This document shows positions 52,199 through 62,952 of a stretch of 64,000 nucleotides of DNA, one piece after another. The notes under the pieces were generated by a model. The model saw only the letters and a program-made list of their open reading frames with translations. It was not told the origin of the DNA and did no database searches. Source of the DNA: an uncultured candidate division Zixibacteria bacterium (GTDB taxonomy: Bacteria > Zixibacteria > MSB-5A5 > UBA10806); the NCBI GenBank assembly GCA_963801605.1, contig CAWDFP010000006.1, positions 96,001 to 160,000 on the forward strand. The letters are read 5' to 3'. How positions within the stretch are numbered: position 1 is the first letter of the stretch; the number at the start of each line of letters is the position of its first letter. The position numbers and the translations under genes were made by a program.

Positions 52199-53572
52199 AT
52201 GTCTGGGATCGAGGGAGCGAAACTGTCCGTATTATGCCGCCATTGGCATATCCTGGTTCTTGGTCTAATACTATTATTAACGGGATGCACACGCGAAAAA
52301 GTGGTCTTAGTTCAGCAGGTCTTCGGGGAGTTTCCAGAGCCGCTTTCGCTTATTCATCCCGCGCCGGATTCGCTTATTACCTCCGATCACCCCAGCTTTT
52401 TCTGGCACAAAACCGCCGATGGAATTCGCCATCAAATACAAGTGGCCCGAACAAGCGATTTCATGAGCAAAACGATCGATGCTTATACTGATGACACCAG
52501 CTATACAACTATCTCGGCGATGTCAAATGACACCTATTACTGGCGGGTAAGAAGCCGTAATCTTGAAGAAGTATGGGGCAACTGGGCCGACGCTGAGCTG
52601 AGATTATTTTACAAAAGCGATTATATCAATTTCGTGGAATTGCTGTCTCAAACGGAAACTTATGGCGTGCCCCAGGATGTCTTTGTGCGAGGCGATACTG
52701 CATACGTGGCTGATGGTCAAGCCGATCTCACGATGTTTGATATCAGCATACCAGCCTATCCGGCCTTAATAAGGAATATCGATACTCGGCAGGACGATTT
52801 TGCCAAGGGTGTATTCGCCTCGCAATCCGATTCCTTTCCTTTCGTCTATGTGGCCGATATGGATGGCAAAATTCAGGCGTTTTGTGTCAATGATACCTCG
52901 GGTTTGCAGGACGCCTCATTAGGCGGTGATCAGAATATCGAAGATATTACAGGTGTAATATTGCCCGATTCAACGGGAGTGCTTGATCTATGGCTTATAA
53001 GCGTTTCATCAGGCTACAATCGACGAAAACTGACAGCTTACCAACTGCCCAGCGGGACTGGCGGCAACTCTTATGGATTTATGAATTGGATTGCGATGCC
53101 CGCCGATGCCATGGGGCTTTGCGTCGACTCGGGCTATATCTACGTGGCTGGCGGCGGCGCAGGATTACTGGTTATTGATTTTCAAGACCCTCACAATTTT
53201 GTAGAGATATCGTCCTGCATTTTACCCGGTATCGCCCTATCTATCGAAATTAAAAACAATCTGCTCTATTTGACATGCGACCGGGCCGGTGTCTTTATTG
53301 TCGATATCAGCGACAGGTATAACCCAACCGTGGTCAAAAATATCAATACCTCCGGACGGGCAAAGGATATTCAGATCGTTGGCGATTACGCTTTTATCGC
53401 CGATGGCGGCGGGGGCCTGAAAGTGATTGATATCGCCCAGACTGATTCGGCTCATATAGTGACATCATACGCCACTCCTTATGCTTACGGCCTTTGGGTG
53501 GGGCCGGATTATATTTATCTTTGCGACAGGGATCTAGGGCTCATGGTTTTTAGAAATAAAATTAATCCGTGA
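52199..53572 (+). CDS. Lipoprotein with Fn3-like domain and LVIVD beta-propeller repeats
   Basis: GGAGG RBS; LLTGC lipobox; YYWRVR; AYVADG, GLLVID and GLKVIDI repeats. Confidence 0.85.
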   Translation: MSGIEGAKLSVLCRHWHILVLGLILLLTGCTREKVVLVQQVFGEFPEPLSLIHPAPDSLITSDHPSFFWHKTADGIRHQIQVARTSDFMSKTIDAYTDDTSYTTISAMSNDTYYWRVRSRNLEEVWGNWADAELRLFYKSDYINFVELLSQTETYGVPQDVFVRGDTAYVADGQADLTMFDISIPAYPALIRNIDTRQDDFAKGVFASQSDSFPFVYVADMDGKIQAFCVNDTSGLQDASLGGDQNIEDITGVILPDSTGVLDLWLISVSSGYNRRKLTAYQLPSGTGGNSYGFMNWIAMPADAMGLCVDSGYIYVAGGGAGLLVIDFQDPHNFVEISSCILPGIALSIEIKNNLLYLTCDRAGVFIVDISDRYNPTVVKNINTSGRAKDIQIVGDYAFIADGGGGLKVIDIAQTDSAHIVTSYATPYAYGLWVGPDYIYLCDRDLGLMVFRNKINP

Positions 53573-53682
53573 AAATGTCGGAGTTGCCCCCAGGGAAACT
53601 TATCTGACGATTTTTGTTATAATGGCCAATGGTCTCGGCTTGTCTGAAGGGCCATCCTTTTACATTTGAGGCTACATTTATT

Positions 53683-53738
53683 TTAATATGAAAACCATAC
53701 CAACTAAGGGCGGCGAGTAACAATGCCGCCTTTTTTTA
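53683..53738 (+). repeat. Conserved motif plus terminator element, copy 2
   Basis: TTAATATGAAAACCATACCAACTAAGGGCGGCG, then GGCGGC/GCCGCC hairpin and T7; preceded by extended -10 TGTTATAAT at 53615-53623. Confidence 0.7.
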
Positions 53739-53768
53739 TTCATCTAATTGGATATCGCCAAAGCGGTC

Positions 53769-53797
53769 TTGACATTAATGCCATTAATTCTTAATAT
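53769..53797 (+). promoter_or_regulatory. Sigma-70 promoter of the HMG-CoA synthase operon
   Basis: TTGACA-N17-TAATAT. Confidence 0.6.
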
Positions 53798-53867
53798 GGT
53801 GAACAATATTTGTATCTTGCGGTTTAATGAGTTGTAAGAATTGTCACCGAAAGAGAGGTATTTTATT

Positions 53868-54928
53868 ATGGTAGGAATTGTCGGGTATGGTGCCTACATA
53901 CCTCGTAATAGAATCAAAGTCGAAGAGATCGCCAAGGTTTGGGGGGCGGATGCTCCCAGCTATAAAAAGGGACTGATGCTCCAGGAAAAATCGGTACCCA
54001 GCCCCGATCAGGATACCATCACCATGTCGGTGGAAGCGACCAAGAACGCTCTTCGACGGGCCGGGATCGATCCGGTTAAAATCGGAGCGGTTTATGTCGG
54101 TTCGGAATCTCATCCCTACGCGGTGAAACCGTCGGGAACGACCCTGGCCGAAGCTATTGGCGCGGTTCCGGATTGCCATTGCGCCGATTTCGAATTCGCC
54201 TGCAAGGCAGGTTCGGAGGGCATGTTTGTAGCGATGGGTCTGGTTAAGGCCGGCGAAATCGAATACGGTCTCGGTGTGGGCGCGGATACATCGCAAGGCG
54301 CACCCGGTGATGCCTTCGAGTATTCAGCGTCAGCAGGCGCGGCGGCCTATATTTTCGGGACCAAAACAGAAGAGATTATAGCCGAGTGCCATTTCACTCA
54401 TTCTTATATGACTGATACACCCGATTTCTGGAGACGAGAATATCAGTTCTATCCTCGTCATGCTTCAAGCTTCACCGGCGAACCGGCCTATTTCAAACAT
54501 GTGTTAGGCTGTTCGGAGGCACTCATGAAAAAGGCCAACATGAAGCCCAAGGATTTCGCGCATGTGGTCTTTCATCAACCCAACGGTAAATTCCCGATGA
54601 ATGTCGGTTTGATGCAGGGGTTCACCAAGAAGCAGATCGAAACCGGCTGGCTCGTCTCCGACACTTCGGCAACACCTATTCGGGTGCGTCGCCGATAGGC
54701 CTGACCGCCATTCTCGATATCGCCAAGCCCGGCGACTGGATCATGATGGTATCTTACGGTTCCGGCGCGGGCAGCGATGGTTTCGTTTGGAAAGTTACCG
54801 ACCGAATCGACGAAGTTCGCGATAAGGCGGTCCAGACCCGAGCAATGCTCGATTCACCGAAGAAGAAATATCTCGATTACGGCACTTATGCCAAATATCG
54901 AGGCAAAATCAAAAAGCTTTCCAATTAG
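53868..54928 (+). CDS. mvaS: Archaeal-type hydroxymethylglutaryl-CoA synthase (frameshift near 54660)
   Basis: GIVGYGAYIP, GSESHPYAVKP, EFACKAG, TPDFWRR, FTGEPAYF, HQPNGKFP, SYGSGAGSD. Confidence 0.9.
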
Positions 54929-54952
54929 ATGATATTTATCGGAGGAAAATAG

Positions 54953-56113
54953 ATGAGAGATGTAGCAGTAATCGGCATCGGAATGAACAAATGGGGCGAG
55001 CTCTGGGAGAAATCGATCTCCGATCTCATTGCCGAAAGCGCCCTGCTGGCGTTGGATGACGCCGGGATCGATAAGGTCGATGCCATGTATATCGGCTGTA
55101 TGTCATCGGGGCTGTTTACCGATCAGGAGCATTTGGGTTCGATCGGCCCCGACTATAGCGGGCTCTGTCCCACGCCGGGAATCCGGGTGGAATCGGCTTG
55201 CGCGTCGGGCGGTGTGGCTTTCGCTCGGGATTCCTGCATGTAGCATCGGGGATGGCTGATATCGTCATGGTTCTCGGAGTCGAGAAGATGAACGATGTCG
55301 ACGGGGCCAAAGCCACGTTTGCGTTGGCTACCGCCGCCGATCAGGAATACGAAGTTTACAACGGTGTCACGTTCCCCGGCCTGTACGCCATGATGGCCAA
55401 TCATCATATGAATAAATATGGCACCACGCGCGATCAGATGGCGCAGGTGGCGGTGAAAAATCATAAGAACGGCATGAAGAATCCGTTGGCGCAATTCCGT
55501 ATGGAAGTGACGCTCGACCAGGTGAAAAACGCGGTCATGGTGGCCGATCCGTTGACGATACTCGATTGCTCACCTATTACCGATGGTTCCGCGGCTGTGA
55601 TTCTCTGCCCGCTCGATATGGCAAAATCATTATCGAAGAAGCGAATCGTGAAAGTGATTGGTTCGGGGCACGCGTCGGATACGATTCAGTTGGCCCAACG
55701 CGAAGACCTGTCATACATCAAATCGACTGAGATTGCCGCTAAGGAAGCGTCTGAAAATGGCGGGCCGCAAAATCAGCGATATCAATTTCGCCGAGGTGCA
55801 TGACTGCTTTACGATTGCCGAGATCATGGTGATCGAGGCATTGGGCGTTGCCGAAAACGGCAAGGGCGGCCCGGCAACCATGGATGGGTTAACCGCTGTT
55901 GATGGCAAGTTTCCGGTTAATGCATCCGGCGGATTGAAATCCAAGGGGCATCCGGTCGGCGCCACGGGCGTGGCGCAGATTGTGGAGCTTACCAAGCAGA
56001 TCCGCGGCGAGGCCGATGAGGGCCGTAAGGTGAAAAACGCAAATATCGGTCTGGCGCAGAACATGGGCGGCAGCGGCGCCAGCTCCGTGGTTCATATTCT
56101 GGAGGGAATTTAA
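54953..56113 (+). CDS. Archaeal-type acetoacetyl-CoA thiolase (frameshifts near 55225 and 55750)
   Basis: [49 protein letters not shown]. Confidence 0.9.
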
Positions 56114-56114
56114 G

Positions 56115-56510
56115 ATGTCATCACCAAGATACTGGCGGGCGATGCCCCAGAGATACCGTTTCGAGGCGGCCAAATGCAAAAAGTGCGGCAAGGTGCTGTT
56201 CCCTCCGAGACTGGTTTGCCCGAATTGCCATAATCGCGAATTCGTGAAAACCAATATTCACGATACCGGCAAGGTTGAGACTTTCACGGTTATTCGCGTG
56301 GCACCGAGCGGCTTTACGGATTTAACGCCGTACCCAATCGCAATCGTGAATGTCGGCGATGGCGTCAGAATCCTCTGCCAGATGGCCGACTGCGATTTAG
56401 AGGATCTCAAAATCGGAATGAGTGTGCGTCTGGAGTTCCGCAAAGTCTCCGCCGAGGGCGAAAGCGGGATTATCTACTACGGATATAAGGCTGTCCCGGA
56501 AGTAAAATAG
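56115..56510 (+). CDS. DUF35 scaffold protein (Zn-ribbon plus OB-fold)
   Basis: PRYWR...CKKCG...PPRLVCPNC...GKVETFT...IYYGYK. Confidence 0.92.
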   Translation: MSSPRYWRAMPQRYRFEAAKCKKCGKVLFPPRLVCPNCHNREFVKTNIHDTGKVETFTVIRVAPSGFTDLTPYPIAIVNVGDGVRILCQMADCDLEDLKIGMSVRLEFRKVSAEGESGIIYYGYKAVPEVK

Positions 56511-56545
56511 TTATGAGTTATGGGTTGTGAGTTATGAGTTAATAG
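56511..56545 (+). repeat. Heptamer tandem repeat (TTATGAG-like)
   Basis: TTATGAG TTATGGG TTGTGAG TTATGAG TTAATAG; a similar array lies at 60437-60485. Confidence 0.7.
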
Positions 56546-56594
56546 GAAATGTGAAAAGGTTAGTGGAAAATCAAAAACTCATATCGTACAATAG

Positions 56595-56621
56595 AGGGGC
56601 GCGAGAATTGCGCCCCTTTTT
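56595..56621 (+). terminator. Rho-independent terminator
   Basis: AGGGGCGC/GCGCCCCT stem plus T-tract. Confidence 0.7.
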
Positions 56622-56627
56622 GATGTT

Positions 56628-57238
56628 ATGAAACTTGAAAATCGGATAAAGGTTGGCAGGGGTTTGCGTCAAATTTTCATCATCATTCTAGTTCTAATGT
56701 TAAATAGTATATCTTTTGGTCAATATAATAATGAATTTAACTCAGATGAAAATGTAACAGGTATGCGATTTATAAATTTCAGTGGAATCACCGCCGCAAC
56801 CGGCAACCACGGAAGCGCATATGGAATTAAGTTTATTAACGGAGCGCTATTGGACAATAGATTTGGAATGGGATTTGGACTCGGATATGATAAATATTCC
56901 AAGTCCAGTGTGATTCCACTCTATTTAGATTTGAGGTTTTTTCCGGATTTCCAGGGGGACGAAGGAGCTTTTTTTTCGCGGATATTGGGTATTCTCTGGA
57001 TTCCGAGGACATATTAAAAGATACTCAAAAGGCCGGATTTTATTTTAATGGCGGCGGCGGGATAATCTTTTTGCTTCGAGGTACTACCGGCATCTCTCTT
57101 GATGTCGGCTATAAAATACAGAGAATGCCTGAGAATTGGGACAGGGTAATTTATTATCCTCATGGAGTATATAGTGAAGGCGGTACAAGGCACGTAGATT
57201 ATAAATCCTTTGCTATAAGTGCCGGAGTCACTTTTTAG
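56628..57238 (+). CDS. Small outer-membrane beta-barrel protein (frameshift near 56965)
   Basis: Signal peptide; GFGLGYD, IPLYLDLR; a shifted frame gives FADIGYS...LDVGYK...SAGVTF with C-terminal Phe. Confidence 0.7.
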
Positions 57239-57497
57239 AATTTTGTCCGGTTCAAACGTGCGGTCAGGTCTCCGCACCTGACCGCTCAAGGCTGGCGGGT
57301 ACGGAGACCCGACACCACAAGTTGGGAGAGGGCATAAACACTACCTCATCAACGAGAAAAAGATGAAACGAGATTAATCTTGCAAGAACTTCTGAAGACA
57401 TAATAATTATTATTATAAGATGGATTATTTTTTCATTAGCAGGATGGCATACGGGGACGTATGCCATCCACATGCCAGATAGATGGAAAGGCAAACC

Positions 57498-59105
57498 ATG
57501 TTCCGCATAGAATCCAAGATCGATACCAAAAGCGAAGAGTTCAATAAGAACACCGAAGCTTTGAAAAAGGTTGTGGGACTTTCGAGGAACGCCTGGCTGT
57601 CGTGCAAGCAGGGCGGGCCACCAGCGGCGCGAGAGAAACATCTGGCGCGCGGCAAACTACTGACGCGCGACCGGGTCAAAAAGCTGTTCGATAAAAATAC
57701 GCCGTTTTTAGAACTCTCCGCTTTGGCAGCCTACGATATCTACGACAACGACGCTCCCAGCGCCGGGATTATCACCGGTGTCGGCGTAGTGCATGGCCGC
57801 GAGGTGCTGGTTGTGGCCAACGATGCCACAGTCAAAGGCGGCACCTATTACCCGATGACGATCAAAAAGCATGTCCGGGCGCAGGAGATCGCCATGGAGA
57901 ATCGTCTGCCCTGTGTTTATCTGGTTGATTCGGGCGGGATATTTTTGCCGCATCAAAAGGATACATTCCCTGATAAAGGGCATTTCGGCAGCATCTTCTA
58001 CAACCAGGCGCGGATGTCGGCCATGGGGCTGGCACAGATTGCGGTAGTGCTTGGTTCCTGCACCGCGGGCGGGGCGTATGTACCGGCCATGAGCGATGAG
58101 GCGGTGATCGTGCGCAAGCAGGGGACGATCTTTATCGGCGGGCCGCCGCTGGTCAAGGCCGCTACCGGTGTCGATGTCACCGACGAGGAACTGGGCGGAG
58201 CCGATGTCCATTGCCGTATCTCCGGCGTGGCCGATCATTATGCGCTCAACGACGAGCACGCGCTGGAGATTACCCGCAATATCATTCAATGCCTTGAGGT
58301 CCCCAGGAAAACTGATATCGGACGAATCGAACCGGTGGAGCCGGAATACGATCAGAAAGAATTATACGGTGTCATGCCCCGCGATATCCGGAAGCCGTTC
58401 GATATGCGGGAGATAATCGCACGTATTGTTGACGGCAGCGAGTTTCAGGAGTTCAAGGAGCTTTACGGCCAAACTTTGGTTTGCGGTTTCGCGCGAATCA
58501 TGGGATATCCGGTGGGAATTCTGGGTAATAACGGCGTGCTATTTTCGGAAAGTGCGAAGAAGGGAGCGCATTTTATCGAGCTATGCACCATGCGAAAGAT
58601 TCCGCTGGTATTCCTGCAGAATATCACCGGCTTTATCGTCGGGAAAGAGTATGAGCACGGCGGGATAGCGTCAGATGGCGCCAAGATGGTGCATGCGGTG
58701 GCCAACGCCGATGTCCCCAAGTTCACGGTGATTGTGGGCGGCTCATACGGGGCGGGCAATTACGCCATGTGCGGGCGAGGCTACGATCCTCGATTTGTCT
58801 GGATGTGGCCCAATGCCAGGATCAGCGTTATGGGCGGCGAACAGGCGGCCAGCGTGCTTCTAACGGTCAAACTTAAGATCCTCGAAGCGCAAGGCAAGAC
58901 CATGACCAAAGAAGAGCAGGAGGCGTTCATGGCGCCGATACTCGAAAAATATGAGGCTGAAGGTTCGCCGTATTTTTCTACCGCCAGACTGTGGGATGAT
59001 GGCATCATCGATCCGATCGATACCCGGAATGTGCTGGGATTAGGAATATCGATTGCCTTAAATGCGCCGATACCGGAGCAAAAATATGGAATTTTCAGGA
59101 TGTAA
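57498..59105 (+). CDS. liuB: 3-methylcrotonyl-CoA carboxylase beta (carboxyltransferase) subunit
   Basis: [57 protein letters not shown]. Confidence 0.92.
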   Translation: MFRIESKIDTKSEEFNKNTEALKKVVGLSRNAWLSCKQGGPPAAREKHLARGKLLTRDRVKKLFDKNTPFLELSALAAYDIYDNDAPSAGIITGVGVVHGREVLVVANDATVKGGTYYPMTIKKHVRAQEIAMENRLPCVYLVDSGGIFLPHQKDTFPDKGHFGSIFYNQARMSAMGLAQIAVVLGSCTAGGAYVPAMSDEAVIVRKQGTIFIGGPPLVKAATGVDVTDEELGGADVHCRISGVADHYALNDEHALEITRNIIQCLEVPRKTDIGRIEPVEPEYDQKELYGVMPRDIRKPFDMREIIARIVDGSEFQEFKELYGQTLVCGFARIMGYPVGILGNNGVLFSESAKKGAHFIELCTMRKIPLVFLQNITGFIVGKEYEHGGIASDGAKMVHAVANADVPKFTVIVGGSYGAGNYAMCGRGYDPRFVWMWPNARISVMGGEQAASVLLTVKLKILEAQGKTMTKEEQEAFMAPILEKYEAEGSPYFSTARLWDDGIIDPIDTRNVLGLGISIALNAPIPEQKYGIFRM

Positions 59106-59218
59106 TTAGGATTGGGCGCGCAGATGGCCTTGTCTGCCGCTTAGTTGGAAAATGATTTAAATAAAAATGTAGGGGCGTATTGCAATACGCCCCTACACAA
59201 AGAAAACAAATAATTTTT

Positions 59219-59637
59219 ATGAATACCGTAAATAAATATTCGCTTATCGCTCCCTGCGGAATCAATTGCGGAATTTGTTCGGCATATTTGAGAGATAAAA
59301 ACAATTGTCCCGGCTGCCGGGTGATAGATGCAAACAAACCCGTGACGCGCGTTCAGTTGTAAAATCAAGACCTGCGATTTATTCCAGGATGGGAACGGCG
59401 AAATTCTGTTTCAAATGCGATGATTTTCCCTGCACCAACCTGGCGCATTTGGATAAAAGATATCGCACTAAATATCAGATGAGTATGATTGAAAATTTGG
59501 AAAATATCGAAAAGCATGGAATAAGGAAATTTATCGAAAATGAAAAATTAAGATGGGCCTGCCCCAAATGCGAGGGGACTATTAACGTTCATAAAAGTAT
59601 TTGTGCTAATTGCGGAGCAAAACCGAGTTCTCAATAG
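59219..59637 (+). CDS. DUF3795 Cys-rich protein (frameshift near 59355)
   Basis: IAPCGINCGIC...CPGC, then FCFKCDDFPC...LDKRYR...SMIENL. Confidence 0.75.
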
Positions 59638-59645
59638 GAATATAT

Positions 59646-60432
59646 ATGGCTGATTACTCAACAATTAAATTCGATGTTCGCGGCAAGGTGGCCTGGATAA
59701 CAATCAACAGGCCACAAGTTAAAAACGCGTTTAATGCGACAGTCATAATCGGAAATTGCGTCGGCGTTTCGGGATATAAACCAACGCAAAGACCTGCGCG
59801 TGGTTGTCCTGACCGGAGTGGCCGATGCTTTCTGCGCCGGAGCCGATCTCAACTGGATGGGCGATGTCCTCAAGTACTCGTATGAGGAAAATCTGGCCGA
59901 TTCGCTCATCTTGGCGGAAATGTTTCATCTGATCTTTACCTGCCCCCTGCCTACGATTGCCCGTGTTAACGGCCCCGCTATCGGCGGTGGATGCGGCCTG
60001 GCGGCGGTTTGCGATATAGTGATTGCATCGGATAAAGCGGTTTTTTCGCTCAGCGAGGTCAAGCTTGGCCTGGTGCCGGCCTGTATTTCGCCTTATGTGA
60101 TTCGTCGTATGGGCGATAAGAACTGCCGCGAATATTTTCTGACAGGCGAACGTCTAAATGCGCAAAAGGCATTAGCGGCGGGGCTGGTCAACGAGGTTGT
60201 GCCATCGGAAAAACTTAATAATGCTGTTAATGCCCGAGTCGATCAACTTCTCTCCAGCGGCCCGGAGGCGTTGGCCTGGTGCAAGGAGCTTCTGCATAAG
60301 GTGCCATCGATTTCCGAGCCGGAGGTTGGCAAATACACCGCCGAGGTGATCGCCCGTCTGCGCATGGGCGACGAGGGCCAGGAAGGCATGAAGGCATTTT
60401 TCGAGAAACGCAAGCCGAAGTGGGTGGAGTAG
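59646..60432 (+). CDS. liuC: Enoyl-CoA hydratase, probable methylglutaconyl-CoA hydratase (frameshift near 59760)
   Basis: INRPQVKNAFN, FCAGADLNWM, AIGGGCGL, SEVKLGLVPACISPYV; lies between the MCC subunit genes. Confidence 0.85.
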
Positions 60433-60551
60433 GGAGTTGCGATTTATGGGTTTTGAGTTTTGAGTTATGCGTTGTGAGTTAGCAAGAGTTGTGATTGTAG
60501 GTCAAAATCCCTGTGGTTTTGACAAACTGTGGCGTGAAAGGAATTATTAAT

Positions 60552-61298
60552 ATGAATAATGGGAATGAGAAATTTACAGCGCTTTTATTTGAAATTGTGA
60601 AAAACATTAAAGAAACTGATCATATTTACAAAACACAATTGTACTCAAAAAACATTACGCATCCTATTCCCTTTTTTGGAAATATTGAGAAAGCTAAAAT
60701 AGTCACAGTAGGGATTAATCCTGCTTCATCTGAATTTAAAGTTAATCGAACTTGGCCCCAAAGTGTTGATTTAGAGTATCTAATAGAACGGCTGAAACAT
60801 TACTTTAATTATCCTGGTATTCCTCCGCATAGCTGGTTTGATGTATGGGAAAAAGCATTAAATCACATTTCCATTTCATATTATTCTGGAGACGCCGCAC
60901 ATATCGATCTTTCGGCTCGTTCGACAATAAATATTGGAGAAATTTCAGAAATGGAGCTTTTTGAAAATATGATTGCAAGCGACCTGAGAGAATTCTTTCA
61001 GTTAATATATTGCTGTAGAAATTTGAGGCTATTATTAATAGCAGGAACTGTGACCAAGCGATATTATATTAATGAATTTATTAGCAAACATTGCAATCAA
61101 TATGGATTTAAACTTGTCGGGGATTTCAAGAGAAAGGAAAACCCCGGACGAGGTAAAATATACTTTCATCACCTAACTGGGCATGATTTTGACTTACCAG
61201 TGTTTTTTTGTAGCGTATCCCCGAGCGCACGCAATTCAAGTTTGCTTGTTGATAGAATTAGGGAGAACAAGCCCAAAATAATCGATTTGATGAAATAA
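60552..61298 (+). CDS. AT-rich hypothetical protein, possible uracil-DNA glycosylase-like fold
   Basis: PIPFFGN...IVTVGINP motif and C-terminal SPSAR; visibly AT-richer than its neighbours. Confidence 0.55.
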   Translation: MNNGNEKFTALLFEIVKNIKETDHIYKTQLYSKNITHPIPFFGNIEKAKIVTVGINPASSEFKVNRTWPQSVDLEYLIERLKHYFNYPGIPPHSWFDVWEKALNHISISYYSGDAAHIDLSARSTINIGEISEMELFENMIASDLREFFQLIYCCRNLRLLLIAGTVTKRYYINEFISKHCNQYGFKLVGDFKRKENPGRGKIYFHHLTGHDFDLPVFFCSVSPSARNSSLLVDRIRENKPKIIDLMK

Positions 61299-61445
61299 TA
61301 ATTACAAGTAAGGAAGTGCTTGGCAGCGTCAGGTTCGGGGACCTGACGCCACGGGATTAGGTCGGGGCAAGCTCCGACACCTAAGACAACATGCTTATCC
61401 CGACTCCGTCGGGACAAGCATGCCACCCATGAATAAGGGAAATAG

Positions 61446-62947
61446 ATGTTCACCAAAATCCTCATTGCCAATCGCGGCGAAATAGCGATCAGAGTAATCA
61501 AGGCCTGCCGGGAGTTAGGCATCAAATCGGTGGCGGTCTATTCGACCGTCGACCGCAATGCGCTTCATGTGCAGGAGGCCGATGAAGCTGTCTGGATCGG
61601 CGAGGCATCGGCGCAAGAGAGCTATCTCAATATCGAAGCCATAATCGGCGCTATCAAAAAGACCGGCGCGGAAGCGGTTCATCCCGGCTATGGATTCTCT
61701 AGCCGAAAACCATCTTTTCGCCGAACGCTGCGAAAAAGAAGGAATCGTCTTCATCGGCCCCGATTCGCGCTCAATGAAACTGGTTGGCGATAAGGTTGCG
61801 TCCCGTCAGGTAACAGAAAAGGCTGGCATTCCCCTAATTCCGGGAATGAAAAATAAGAGCACCAGCGTTGACGAATGCCGGGAAGCAGCCTGGCAAATCG
61901 GTTTCCCGGTGCTTCTCAAGGCCTCCGCGGGCGGCGGCGGCAAAGGTATGAGGATTATCAACAAACCATCGGAACTGGCGTCGGCGGTTGAGGCGGGAAT
62001 GCGCGAGGCGCAATCAGCGTTCGGTGATCCGTCGGTATATCTCGAAAAATATATCGAACAACCCCGACATGTGGAATTCCAGGTTTTAGCTGATAAGCAT
62101 GGCAACGCAGTTCACGTATTCGAACGGGAATGTTCGATTCAGCGGCGTCACCAGAAGATTGTTGAGGAATCACCATCACCGGCGCTCAATGACGATCTCC
62201 GCCGTCGAATGGGCGAGACGGCGCTGAAAGTAGTTGAGGTTTCCGGCTATTCCAATGCCGGCACAGTGGAATTTCTGGTCGATAAATCGGGCAATTTCTA
62301 TTTCCTGGAAGTCAATGCGCGCTTGCAAGTGGAACATCCGGTGACTGAGCTTGTGGCCGGAATCGATCTGGTACATGCGCAGTTTCGAATCGCCATCGGG
62401 CGAAAAACTCTGGCTCAAGCAGGAAGATATTCGGCAAAACGGTCATGCTATTGAGTGCCGTATCTACGCCGAGGACCCCGAGAACGGCTTTCTGCCGTCA
62501 GCAGGAAAAATCTTATTTATGAAAGAGCCGTCCGGGCCGGGGGTCCGTCATGATTGCGGAATCTACTCCGGGTATGAGGTGCCGGTCTATTATGATCCAA
62601 TCCTCTCCAAGCTCATTGTCTGGGCGCAAACCAGAGAGCAAGCAATCCAAAGAATGGCGGCAACGCTTCGGGATTTTCCGATTCTGGGGATCAAGACTAA
62701 TATCGAGTTTTTACGCGAGGTAATAACTCATCTCGAATTCCGCGAGGGACGGACATTCACAGATTTCATCCCCCAAAATCTACCTGAATGGGTTCCACAG
62801 CGAAGCGAGGAACTATTATCACAGGCCGCCATTGCCGCTGAAATCATGACGCAAAAAACAAAGCATGGCGTCTATGGAGGTAAAACCCAGTTACCGTCAC
62901 CGTGGGAAACGATTGGCGACTGGCATATCGGATCAGGCAAAGGTTAG
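61446..62947 (+). CDS. liuD: Biotin carboxylase (MCC alpha subunit; frameshifts near 61700 and 62400)
   Basis: [61 protein letters not shown]. Confidence 0.9.
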
Positions 62948-62952
62948 GAAAA

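Noticed and set aside
53622..53660. Integron attC-like site
   Set aside because: No matching RYYYAAC/GTTRRRY ends, no integrase and no cassette array.
53868..56510. PhlABC-type (DAPG) acyltransferase cluster
   Set aside because: The synthase keeps the catalytic Glu (GSES), Cys (FACK) and His (HQPN) of archaeal HMGS, and there is no type III PKS nearby.
43229..61352. CRISPR array from the 28-nt palindromic repeats
   Set aside because: Copies are dispersed kilobases apart with no regular spacers and no cas genes.
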